A DNA stretch of 64,000 nucleotides from Tubulanus polymorphus (lineage: Eukaryota; Animalia; Nemertea), in assembly GCF_964204645.1 (NCBI RefSeq), contig NC_134034.1:9746962-9810961 (forward strand), written 5' to 3'. Of this stretch, positions 1-11,245 are shown in pieces (positions within the stretch are counted from its first letter, which is position 1; the number at the start of each line of letters is the position of its first letter). Both the position numbers and the translations under genes were made by a program. A model generated the notes under the pieces. That model saw only the letters and a list, made by a program, of their open reading frames with translations. It searched no databases and was not told where the DNA came from.

Positions 1-644
1 AGAGGGAGGAGAGAGGGACAAAAATGGGCAGTGAACAAGGAGGGGAGGGAGAGGGAGGCAGACGGCATGGACAGAGGTGGAGACAAAAGGTAGAGAGGTA
101 AAGAGAGGGCATGGAGAGGGACTTCCACCTCGGTGTCAGCTGAAGCGAACAAACTGTCAACTTATAATCATCGTCGTTCAAATAACAATAAAATTTCACG
201 TCGTTCCAATCGCGGATAGCGAGATACCGATAACACTTGACCGATGAAAAACCCGGTTAAAATTTCAATAACATCTGACCTATTTTACTCGTTAGAAATG
301 ACGCCGTCATCATTATACGGCAGAAATACTCGACCATCGAGGCACGGTGATTTATTTATCCGCGGTTAGAATTAATTAGAAAAATATGAATCAATTCCTG
401 TAATGCCTGGCGGCGGCGGTAATACGATGATACAAACAGTTGCAGTCAGTGAACTGATTTTCGAAGAAGGGTAAATATTGAATACACAGAAGGTGAACTA
501 CCTCCCGAAGATGATATCGATTCTCAGTTTCGTGACAGCAGCAGCAGCTGTCCCGTCTAGCTCATACATATGTGCTGTTTTACACACTCTACAGCCTATC
601 TATGTTAGAACATTCAACTGACACAAGGACGCACTATTAGGTAT

Positions 645-1090
645 TAGGTGAAATATGGCATGAGGGGGTGTAATATGGCATGACGGGGTGAAATATGGCG
701 TGAGGGGTGTAATATGGCATGACGGGGTTAATATGATGGGGGGTTGAATATGGCATGAGGGTGTAATATGGTGTGAGGGGTTAATATGACATGGGGGATG
801 GTTGAATATGGCGTGAGGGTGTAATATGGCATAACAAGGTGAAATATGGCGTGAGGGTGTAATATGGCGTGAGGGGATAGTTGAATATGGCATTAGGGGT
901 GTAATATGGCGTAAGGGGTATAATATGGCGTGAGGGGTATAATATGGCGTGACAGGGTGTAATATGGCGTGACAGGGTGTAATATGGCGTGAGGGTGTAA
1001 TATGGCGTGAGGGGTTAATATGACATGGGGTGTGATTGAATATGGCGTGATGGGTGTAATATGGCGTGAGGGGGTAGTTGAATATGGCGC
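645..1090. repeat. Degenerate 18-22-bp minisatellite (AATATGGCGTGAGGGGTGT)
   Basis: About 21 units; source of ORFs 600..1103 and 893..1096. Confidence 0.9.
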
Positions 1091-1107
1091 GATCAACTAA
1101 CACTTAC

Positions 1108-1373
1108 TGGCAGTTTATCGTCGTCGCTCGACGGTAACTCATATCGTTCCTGTAAGAATACAGTGCGTTCTATTAAACCGCGGTGTTTATCGCATAGTAA
1201 TTCTAGTGGATTATCCTCGATCAGCGCCACCTGGCGATACGGCATGTTACGAACTCCGCCGCTATCCGGCTGTACGTCGCTGCTCTCGCTGCTGTCGTGG
1301 TGATCGCGTTTCTTGCGTAGTTTCGTTTTTCGCCGCGTCATTCGCGCTTTGCACTGTTCCTCCGATAGGAGAC
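1108..1373 (-). CDS. EcR: EcR/NR1H coding exon 3 (T-box, hinge, start of LBD helix 1); gene continues beyond the left edge
   Basis: cag|GT CTC CTA... reads (C)LLSEEQCKARMTRRKTK...LIERTVFLQERYELPSSDDDKLP; donor CCA|gtaagt. The CLLSEEQC and FLQERYELPS motifs are typical of EcR/LXR. No further LBD exon was recognised in 1-1107. Confidence 0.9.
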
Positions 1374-1516
1374 CTGCGAATATGTAATCGATGACTTAAT
1401 CGGAATAATATGCGTGCAAAACGTAACCGGAATCACTAGGATTTATGAGACTACAATATTTCTAATATTCGCCATAGATAGGGTTATCAAAGCTACCCCG
1501 AGGGGTAAATCCTCAA

Positions 1517-1561
<45 letters not shown>

Positions 1562-1566
1562 CTTAC

Positions 1567-1707
1567 ATTCAGCTCTCATTCCGACCTCTCGACAGCGTCT
1601 CAATCGACAGTATTGACACTTTCGTCTCATCCACATGTCCATCTCGCAGTTGCCGCCGGTTTTACACGTGTACTTCGCTTCCCTCGTGATACTGCGTCGG
1701 AAAAAAC
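1567..1707 (-). CDS. EcR: EcR/NR1H coding exon 2 (zinc finger 2)
   Basis: ttttctttcgcag|GT TTT TTC CGA... reads (G)[46 protein letters not shown]; donor T|gtaaga. Phase matches both neighbouring exons. Missed by the ORF track. Confidence 0.95.
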
Positions 1708-1784
1708 CTGCGAAAGAAAATAATATATTCCGGATTTGGAGAAAACGAAAACTGGAACGTAAAAATTACGCATCATTAATTCGC

Positions 1785-2079
1785 TTAACCCTTTCAATGC
1801 GTCTACACCGCAGTGCGGTGTATGAATCGGTGATGGATTTTGCTAGTACACCGCACTGCGGTGTATTGATGTAATTAGTAATTAGTTTTATCTGCATTGA
1901 AAGATGGCAGCACCTGTCAAACATAATGAAATATCAGTAACTAACGATACACTGCACCGTGGTGTAGACGCACTATAGTGGTATTCCTGTTATTCAACAC
2001 ACTAGGGTGGAATTTCTTAAAATTTTCAAATTATCTCCAGCACTATAGGCTATTAATTAGCCAGCACTGAAAGGGTTAA
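1785..2079 (+). mobile_element. piggyBac-type MITE (~290 bp), copy 1
   Basis: TTAA TSDs; TIR CCCTTTCA(A/G)TGC...GCACTGAAAGGG; internal palindromes TACACCGC(A/T)GTGCGGTGTA. Confidence 0.85.
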
Positions 2080-2109
2080 TATTATCAAAAATGAATAATA
2101 TCATGTAAT

Positions 2110-2310
2110 AGCCTTCGCGTACTCTGCCCCAGTACTCTAGAATACTTAACCTAGTCCCGATTAAATCTAGTCCTTCAATCGATGCTTTTAAATCTAAACT
2201 CAAAACCCATTTGTTCATCGAAGCTTTTACTCGTTTTAGTTTTCTCTGTTTCTATGTTCTCCAGTGGAGAATATATTATGTAAAGCCAATGAGCATATTT
2301 CATATGGATT
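2110..2310 (+). mobile_element. L2-clade LINE 3' fragment
   Basis: Decayed AFAYSAPVL*N...IDAFKSKLKTHLFIEAF followed by a tgtaaagc...gagcat tail. Confidence 0.6.
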
Positions 2311-2979
2311 GTAGTTAGACTGGATAAATTCCTCTCAAAAATAATTATCAACATTTATCGAATATGAAATAAATTTAATTACAAAATGAATGCCAAAATT
2401 CATAATTGTAATTGTAATTTCGAAGCGCCAACGTAGTTCATATCCTCACACAAGTAATCATCGAAATTTAACAAGAAAAAGACAAGAATTATGAAATATA
2501 TCTAATTACAAAATAAACGCCTAAATTTACAATTATAATTGTTTTTTTCGAAATGCAAATATCGATGACTCATTGATACACATCGACTCACACAGAACTC
2601 TTCAAACAACACGCATATAGTAGTTATATCAATGTATATAAGCATAATTATTGTAACGGTTTTTACGGCGTCAAAAAATATTCAAACGCAGTTAAACCGA
2701 CTATATTTCGTTCACCTAGTTCGATTAACTTCATTTTCTGCTTAATTCAACTGCACAAGCGAAGCCATCATCGAAATTGTATAAAAACCTGAAAATAAAT
2801 CGGACCCTCGGCGTGGGATTTTATGTCACGGTAGAGCAATCATCATAACGGTGCTAATAATAGTGTTTATTTAACTTGCATTTCAGAATCGAAGTTTGTC
2901 TAAGAACGCATGGAAGTTAAATCATCGTAAACGCGAGCGCATCATTCCAGGTGTTTCGCAATGGTGGTTAGAATGGTGA

Positions 2980-3273
2980 TTAACCCTTTCAGTGCGTCTA
3001 CACCGCAGTGCGGTGTATAAATCGGTGATGGATTTTGCTAGTACACCGCGCTGCGGTGTATTGATTTAATTTGTAATTAGTAATTATCTCTCTTGAAAGA
3101 TGGCAGCACCTGTCAAACATAGTGAAATATAAGTAACTAATGATACACCACGCCGCGGTGTAGACGCACTAGTGCTATTGCCGTTATACAACACAATGGG
3201 GTGGAATTTTCCCAAATTTTCACATTTTCTCGAGCACTATAGGGTATCAATTAGTCAGCACGGAAAGGGTTAA
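2980..3273 (+). mobile_element. piggyBac-type MITE, copy 2
   Basis: Same TIRs, TTAA TSD and body as copy 1. Confidence 0.85.
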
Positions 3274-3751
3274 ACGCTAATGAAAATTCCCGATTCAAAA
3301 CCGTTTCATCCGCGCGCTATTACCCGGGTTCGCTTATTAGGGTGTGATGTAATCGCGTTAGTACCGGATGTTATCGGTAGACGGCGTACTCCTCGAGAAT
3401 ATTTTGAGAAAGTTGACGGCGAGTACCGTAGTTTCGCGGACAAACTTCTCATTCTGGTTCTGACCGATTCCGTAAATTCAATGATGATTAGTCATCAATG
3501 AGAAGCGCGTTGAAAGCGATTTTTGATCCCCGCGGCCAATAGCTGACTTTTGACAGGTTCTGATGCATTGCCGCGGCGAATTTACCTCAACGCCTCGAAA
3601 AACATGATATTCATAGAAAATAAAAAAACGTAATTCAGTAAATTCGGTCGCTGCACATCCGACGCCACCCGATGATAACATGAGTCATTATAGATTCAGC
3701 CGAAAAAGAAAAGTTCTACAGCAAATCGGTATATAACCATCGGTGAAACAC

Positions 3752-3995
3752 TACAGGGTGTCTCAAAAAATGTGTTACCGTAGCTTAAAGATTGATTATT
3801 CATTAACTCTAATTGAAATAAGATTTTTAGGGGGTAGGTTGGAAGACCTGGATGTTTACTCAAGTAACATTCAAGGGTGATATATGATACAAGCATTGCT
3901 TCCTATATATCTTCCCTAATGCTATATCATAAAAACTCATGAATATACATTTAAACTATGTAATTTGTCATTTCCATTTTGTAACTCTTTAAATT

Positions 3996-4045
<50 letters not shown>

Positions 4046-4278
4046 GGATGGAATGTTTAAATGCAAGAAAAAATTCATGCATGGCTGAGCATACCATGTT
4101 TTTGAACGGTCCTTAAAATGGAGTCGAACCAATACAAGAAATAAGGATTATTGCATTATATACGTTCATTGATAAATGTTTCGCTTTCACCTCACGTAAT
4201 TTGAGACCAGACAATTAAATCAACTGAAGCAGATTTCCACTTGATGAAATTGTCGGTACCCATGACTTATTAAGCTTC

Positions 4279-4330
<52 letters not shown>

Positions 4331-4905
4331 AATAATAATTCATTTACTTGTAAAGCGCATTTCTATAAAACATAATCATTGCACTTCACATTATTAAAAC
4401 AGATAAGACAGAAGCAGATTAAAACACTAATCAATTGTACAGATTTCTAAAATAAAAAGCTTCTCTGGGACTACGTCGATATCACCATCATTTTACAAAT
4501 ACACAGTTCAGCTCAACGTTGAATTTTGATACATCAGATTCGGTATTTCTCAAAATCTGTTACTTTCCTGACACTAATTCCTCGATTCCTGCTGATGGTC
4601 TTTTGAATTACTTAGTTTTTACATTTCCCAACAGGAAAAAAATCACAAGGAGTGAAATTCAATGATTTTGCGATTATAAATCAATTTTCCAACAGGCAGG
4701 CGGTCATTTAACAATAGACGTACACAATGGAACAATTCACAAAATTTGGTTCGACACCATTTCAACGGTGATTCATAAACATGCTAGCGCTCAGCCATGC
4801 ATGACTTATTTTTACATTTCAACATTACATTCTCAAGTAAACATCCAAGTCTACCAACTTTACCCCTCCCCATTAATTGATTAAAATCACAGTTAATGAA
4901 TTATA
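3752..4905 (-). mobile_element. Decayed Tc1/mariner transposon
   Basis: TA|CAGGGTGTCTCAAAAAA terminus; long inverted repeats at ~3795-3875 and ~4830-4905; frameshifted SLNFTPCDFF-LLGNVKTK (SPDLTPCDFFLWG-like) on the minus strand at ~4610-4670. Confidence 0.6.
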
Positions 4906-4927
4906 TAGAGAATGCCATGCTCATATA

Positions 4928-5067
4928 ATGAAGTCTGAGAAGTTTCCTTCAAGCTGATTATTTATTGAATCAGGAATGATGAAGATTCCTGAAGGTGACT
5001 ATTCGGTTATAGTCGAAACGTCGATTCAATAAACCATTAGCTTATCGGAAACTTTTCGGACTTCATC
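4928..5067 (+). mobile_element. Foldback Penelope-like remnant with hammerhead-like motif
   Basis: Inverted arms tgaagtctgagaagtttcc...tttattgaatc / gattcaataaa...ggaaacttttcggacttca enclose CTGAAGG-T-GACTAT(tcggtt)ATAGTC-GAAACGTC at 4989-5022. Confidence 0.55.
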
Positions 5068-5119
5068 TTTCTCGTTTTATTAGTGTGGCGTCAAAACGGT
5101 ATATATTGCAAGCAACATA

Positions 5120-5175
5120 CTTTTCGGTACGCCCGATGATGGCTAATAGTATTTGGCCGAAATATCGCTGAAAAC
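5120..5175 (+). ncRNA. Degenerate minimal hammerhead-like motif
   Basis: CCGATGA-T-GGCTAA(tagtat)TTGGCC-GAAATATC at 5133-5166; core U4>C change; stem I ttttcg..gc / gctgaaaa. Confidence 0.4.
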
Positions 5176-5356
5176 ATATACCATTTTACAGTTGTACTTG
5201 TAGGTATGAATGGGGTATACATGTGTATGGATGGAGTGTGTAGGCAACTGGGCCTTTCAGGTAATAAGTTTCTTTCAACTTCACCAGTCGTCTAGCGTCT
5301 TATTTCGCAATATTTCGTATAATTTATTCTTATTCGATTTCTAACCGAGATTTGCG

Positions 5357-5758
5357 GAACCGGGTCCGGCCGAACTGAGACCCGAACTGGATCGAGGACC
5401 GTTGAACCGGGCCCGGCCGAACTGAGACCCGAACTGGATCGAGAACTGTGGAACCGCGTCCGGCCGAACTGAGACCCGAACTGGATCGAGGACCGTTGAA
5501 CCGGGTCCGGCCGAACTGAGACCCGAACTGGATCGAGGACCATTGAACCGGCTCCGGCCGAACTGAGACCCGAACTGGATCGAGAACTGTGGAACCGGGT
5601 CCGGCCGAACTGAGACCCGAACTGGATCGAGGACCGTTGAACCGGGCCCGGCCGAACTGAGACCCGAACTGGATAGAGAACTGTGGAACCGGGTCCGGCC
5701 GAACTGAGACCCGAACTGGATCGAGGACCGTTGAACCGGGCCCGGCCGAACTGAGACC
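5357..5758. repeat. 47-bp GC-rich tandem array with two alternating variants
   Basis: ccggccgaactgagacccgaactggatcgag followed by gaccgttgaaccggg or aactgtggaaccggg; about 8.5 units. Confidence 0.95.
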
Positions 5759-5769
5759 CTGAAATTTAC

Positions 5770-6025
5770 CTTTGCAGCCTTCACAGCTGAGAGCGTTATA
5801 ATGATAACCGGACGCACGGTCACCGCAGATCAAACACAAATCGACGTCGTCCTTCTTCTTTTTGTTGATGCTGTTCGAGTTTTCGCTGGTGTGCGACAGC
5901 GCGCCGGGCGTCGACGGCGCCGAGAAGTCGGTGAACACGTCCGTACACGACGGCGAATTGGCGCCGCCGTCGACGCCGTTACACAGCGGCGACATCACCG
6001 GTGATATCTGTTGCTGTACGATCAT
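5770..6025 (-). CDS. EcR: Ecdysone receptor/NR1H nuclear receptor, first coding exon (short A/B region + zinc finger 1)
   Basis: Translates MIVQQQ...[25 protein letters not shown] with P-box CEGCKG. ATG at 6025 has an in-frame TGA upstream (6061-6059). Acceptor ttttcag precedes 6075; donor G|gtaaat at 5769; 256 nt, phase 1. Confidence 0.92.
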
Positions 6026-6240
6026 CTTACCGGCGCCGCCTGGTGTCGTTGTACCGAGTCATACCGCGCATCCCACTGAAAATATATGAAAAAATTTTTT
6101 GATTAGTTATTTGATTACGAGATACGTAAATCGCGGCTGGTTCACTTCCGGGCTGGCGTCGTAACCGATCCTTGTTTTTCAATCGTTTCCGGGAAAGTTG
6201 GGCCCGGTTGCGCAGGAATTACTTCAGTCCAAAAGTCGTC

Positions 6241-6539
6241 TTAACCCTTTCAGTGCGTCTACACCACAGTGCGGTATACGAAACAGTGATGGATTTTGCT
6301 AGTAGCCTACACCGCACTGCGGTGTATTGATTTAATTAGTAATTAGTAATTATCTCTCTTGAAAGATGGCAGCACCTGTCGAACATAGTGAAATATTAGT
6401 AACTAACGATATACCGCACCGCGGTGTAGACGCACTAGTGCTATTCCCGTTATTCAACACACTAGGGTGGAATTTTTCAGAATTTTCAAATTATCTTCAG
6501 CAATATAGGGTATTAATTAGCCAGCACTGAAAGGGTTAA
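6241..6539 (+). mobile_element. piggyBac-type MITE, copy 3 (nested in a Harbinger-like foldback)
   Basis: Same TIRs and TTAA TSD; interrupts the host element at a TTAA. Confidence 0.85.
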
Positions 6540-6750
6540 ATCTTAAGACTAGTTTGAAGTTCTTTGATTAGCTAATAGAGCTTCGATGGTGTTAGACTGG
6601 TCTTAAATCTTAGCCATGACTGAACAAGTAGCCCTGAATATCTAAGACTAGTTTGTACTTAAGTCATGAATATGCAAGTTCCATGGTCATGGCTTAAATT
6701 TAAGACCAGTCTAAGCACATTTTAGTTCTATAACCAATCTAACAACTTTA

Positions 6751-6953
6751 AGCCGGGCGTAGGTCAGCCTTGCGACGGTTTGCGACTCATTGCAACTCAC
6801 TGCAACTCTTGTCGCAACCGATCTGCGCGCTCTTGCGACTGGGAGTAACTAGTCGCACACAGTCGCTGACAATCGCGTCGCAACCGACTTACTCCCCAGT
6901 TGTAACACAACACGACGATCGCGTCGCGTCACAAGGTCGACTTACACCCGGCT
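6751..6953. mobile_element. Harbinger-like MITE with TWA target duplication
   Basis: TIR AGCCGGGCGTAGGTC / GACTTACACCCGGCT flanked by TTA and TAA; inserted into a 47-bp unit. Confidence 0.65.
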
Positions 6954-7700
6954 TAAGACTAGTCAAAACTCATTTCAGTTCTAACACTAATCTTACAACT
7001 AAAGACCAAAGGTTTTAGACCACTTTTGGACTCAGGTCTTTATCGAAGAACCTGGTCCATAAAGCATTGCCTGTAATACAGTTCAGATGTGTATGCAGCA
7101 TACGCAATTGTCTAATGGGACTTTACAAACAAATGGGACAATAACTTTTGCCTGGATGAAAAAAGTTTAGAAATATTTTTAAATCTTAAAACTGTCGTGA
7201 AGTTGGTGAAGTTCGAAAGGATATCGGTTGCGGTCGTTCATTCATCAAACGACAAATGTTCGATCAAACATTTCGCTACGCAGAAAATTGTTTTGTCAGA
7301 TGCCATGTTTTTATCGACAACGACACGAGGCGTTTTTTTTTTTCGTTGTTGCCACTGGCAATAAGCCGTCAGCCAACAATCGATTTCGCGCGTTTCATCT
7401 CGCGTTTTAAAACAATCGCACTAAATCGCTCGCTGTCTGTAGAAACAAAAGTTATTCTTTAACTACTGATGAATTATGCAGCGGTTTTCAAAAAATTTGT
7501 TCGCGGATTACGAAGGTTTGACTATTGATGAAACATTCTGCATACGTGTTGTGAAGATAATAATACAAAATCCCGCAATAAAGACTAAAAACAGTGTGAA
7601 ACGTTTAAGCTAAAATCAATTTAATGTTTCCACTATATTCTTACGCCCTAATCGCAGAACAGTCACTTCTTTAAACTCTCTAATTAGGCACATAAAAGGG

Positions 7701-7983
7701 TCGTTCACAGAACCAAAATAAGCTTTGGCTGGTTTCAAATTTCAGATTGGTTACGGAACCAAATTGAGCTTAGATATGTCATGAAATCTGGACGAGCAAA
7801 AATTTTCTCAAGAACGTCGATTGTAAGGTATATGGAACATGTGAGATGAGTGTACAAGACCCAGGCAGCAAATCGACGCTTATACCCGAACACTATTGTT
7901 ACGCATTTCGAAATAATCGTTCGAAAAAAAAACCAAATAACAAACGAAACTCGTTCGAAGCCGATATCCGACAAACAGCGAGG
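7701..7983 (+). repeat. Local ~285-bp direct duplication (second copy 9149-9431)
   Basis: Near-identical copies offset by 1448 bp, which explains the twin ORFs 7735..7974 and 9183..9422. Confidence 0.9.
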
Positions 7984-7989
7984 GCTATA

Positions 7990-8340
7990 TAATATTCAAG
8001 ATGAGTATTAGAATATAGTCAAAACATCGAATAAACTACTAGCTCAATATTCAGAATGACTATTAGAATATAGTCAAAACATCGAATAAACTACTAACCC
8101 AATATTCAAGATGACTATTAGAATATAGTCAAAACATCGAATAACTACTAGTTCAATATTCAAAATGACTATAAGAATAAAGTCAAAACATCGAATAAAC
8201 TACTAGCTCAATATTCAAGATGACTATTAGAATATAGTCAAAACATCGAATAAACTACTAGCTCAATATTCAAGATGACTATTAGAATATAGTCAAAACA
8301 TCGAATAACTACTAGCTCAATATTCAAGATGACTATTAAG
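7990..8340. repeat. 55-bp tandem array
   Basis: caatattcaagatgactattagaatatagtcaaaacatcgaataaactactagct, about 6 copies. Confidence 0.9.
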
Positions 8341-8699
8341 ACAGAGTCGAAACCTCAAAAATGAATCATTTTCCCCGGCAAACATTTTCAGACTCTTCAC
8401 ATTTCCCGCACGACGCAAAAAAAATCTCGAAAATTGCCGGTCTTTATTTCGAAATTCGAGGCAGGTTTCATTCAACGTCGTCTGCGGCTGTGTCAATACG
8501 AAACAGAGAACGTTTTCAAAAAAAAAACTCATTAACGACAGACGGATCGAGTGTTTAATTTAAACGACGACGACGAGGCACGGCTTGTCATATAGAACCA
8601 TGTGATGTTCATACTTGCTGATATAGACGGTTCTTTACATCACCGAGTACTGGACTGATCAGAACCAGACCGAAAGAGGGGCGCCATCGTAGTCATGAG

Positions 8700-9145
8700 T
8701 CAAGTCCAAAAATGAGCTTAGACTGGTTTAGATTGGCCAAAATGAGTTTAGACTGGTCTTAAGTATTTAGATTGGCTATAGAACCAAAATGAGCTTAGAC
8801 TGGTCTTAAGTTGTTAGATTGGCTATAGAACCAAAATGAGTTTAGACTGGTCTTAAGTTGTTAGATTGGCTATAGAACCAAAATGAGCTTAGACTGGTCT
8901 TAAGTTGTTAGATTGGCTATAGAACCAAAATGAGTTTAGACTGGTCTTAAGTTGTTAGATTGGCTATAGAACCAAAATGAGCATTGACTGGTCTTAAGTT
9001 GTTAGATTGGCTATAGAACCAAAATGAGCTTAGACTGGTCTTAAGTTGTTAGATTGGCTATAGAACCAAAATGAGTTTAGACTGGTCTTAAGTTGTTAGA
9101 TTGGCTATAGAACCAAAATGAGTTTAGACTGGCCTCAAGTTGTCA
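8700..9145 (+). repeat. 47-bp CCAAT-containing satellite, array 1
   Basis: ccaaaatgagcttagactggtcttaagttgttagattggctatagaa, about 9 copies. Confidence 0.95.
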
Positions 9146-10974
9146 AATTCGTTCACAGAACCACAATAAGCTTTGGCTGGTTTCAAATTTCAGATTGGTT
9201 ACAGAACATAATTGAGCTTAGATATGTCATGAAATCTGGACGAGCAAAAATTTTCTCAAGAACCTCGATTGTAAGGTATATTGAACATGTGAGATGAGTG
9301 TACAAGACCCAGGCAGCAAATCGACACTTATACCCGAACGCTATTGTTACGCATTTCGAAATAATCGTTCGAAAAAAAAACCAAATAACAAACGAAACTC
9401 GTTCGAAGCCGATATCCGACAAACAGCGAGAATTTTCAAAAGGTTTTTACGTCGAAAACGTAAACGATATTTAGAGCGTTTTCAACGATTTCGCATTTAA
9501 AAATAGGCTCGTTTATCCAGTAAAACTTTATTCAAAATGGATGACAGCCATGTGTTTGAAGTGCTCGTTGCTTAGCGTTATCGTGTATTTGTCGGTTATA
9601 GTTTCGTATGCTGGTAACAGCGCTGACGACTTAAATGGTTGTTGAACTCGCCGCGATGTATCTATGCCAAGTAGCTTTACAACGACGTGTTGCGCGTTAA
9701 GAGACAAGCGAGATCGCGTCGACAAATATCGCGATGTCGTTTACGCGAAGTCGATGTGGCGCCTCGGACGACATAAGTATGTTTTTCGTAATATGGATTT
9801 GCGTATATAGAAACGCGGAATAAGGTTTCGACGGATCCTGCTGTTATTACCGAGGCTACAGTCCTTGGGAGCCAAAATTCGGAGAAGTTTCTAGGTATAC
9901 CAGAGGCCCAACGGGCACTATGGCCAGCCTGTCAGCTTTTCATAAAATGGAAAATGATGATGCATTTTGTGGGTTAAATTTGTCAAAATACACTCCCAGC
10001 TCAGAGTCAATACCTAATAATTTACACAATACAATCTTAGAATATAAAAGTAGCACAGACAGCGACTGGATCTGGCAGCAACAAATACCTCGGATAAATT
10101 TTTTCCCTAGGTCTTATTGATTTTAATGCGGAATAGAATTGAATTTTCTGAAATTTGCTCAATAAAACAAAATTGAATTGGATTTGATGTTTTTATTCGT
10201 TCAATAAAGTAAAATTGAAATGGATTTAATTTTACAATTCATTCATTCTTCATTGAATCACGTATTGATAAAGAAACACACGTTATCCTAATTCCCAGAA
10301 TTTTCCAGAATTTTGGGGAAATTAGTCGAATTCCTAGAGTTTTCTAGAATGAATCGGTGATATTTCTAGGTATAAAATGTTACAATATTCATTCATCCGC
10401 CATTGAATCCTGAACTGATAAAGAAACGCGTGGTCAATAACGTTATCCGAAATTCCCAGAGTTTTCCAAATTTGCGGTGAAATTCATCAAATTCCCCGAG
10501 TCTTCGATTTTTTTTGGAGATTTTTCTGATACCCCGACTTTTCCAGATTTTCGAGGTGCGCGGGCACTCAGTCAAGACTCACTCCTGCCCGCCTATCGAC
10601 AGACCGATATACAAACATGCGATTGATGAATTAACATATAAAAAATACAAAATTTCAATCGCTATTTATACAGCTGTATTTGGACGGTATTGAAACTATT
10701 CACTGACACGAGGCGCCTACGTTGACTGATTGACGAGGCGCCCACGTTGACAGCATCGGCGGAAAAAACACGTCTTTAAATACGTTTCATTCCACGTGTT
10801 TCGTCCTCCGAATTCGATTTAAAAAAGTACGTTTCGATCAATTTCAGGATTTCGCTAAAACAAATCAGTTCACTGACCCTAGCGATGGTTTTAACTTCGA
10901 ATTGTTCGTCTACATCAAACACTGACGAATTGCCTAGACGTTGCTAAGGTTAAGGAACAATGTAATAACTGAAG

Positions 10975-11245
10975 ACCGGTCTAAGACCAATCTAGTTCTG
11001 TAGCCGATCTAACGAATTAGGACCAGTCCAGGCTCATTTTGGTTCTATTACCAAATCAAACAACATACGACCAGTCTAAACTCATTTTGGTTCTATAGCC
11101 AATCTAACAACTTAAGACCAGTGTAAACTCATTTTGGTTCTATGACCAATCTAACAACTTAAGACCAGGATAAACTCATTTTGGTTCTATAACCAATCTA
11201 ACCACTTTAGACCAGGATAAGCTTATCGTGGTTCTATAACCAATT
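10975..11245 (-). repeat. 47-bp satellite, array 2
   Basis: Reverse-complement units, about 5-6 copies. Confidence 0.9.

Larger units (their letters stand above)
6199..7058. mobile_element. Harbinger-like foldback MITE carrying 47-bp units, interrupted by two other MITEs
   Basis: Left end gggcccggtt...agtccaaaagtcgtc mirrors right end gaccacttttggact...aacctggtcc; internal units match the 47-bp satellite. Confidence 0.6.

Noticed and set aside
420-560. Possible further EcR LBD exon
   Set aside because: No helix-3 signature found on the minus strand; the remaining exons probably lie outside the window.
600-1103. His/Pro-rich 167-aa ORF
   Set aside because: Minisatellite translation inside an EcR intron.
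7735-9422. Twin 79-aa ORFs as a duplicated small gene
   Set aside because: Non-ATG start and no recognisable motif; explained by a local non-coding duplication.
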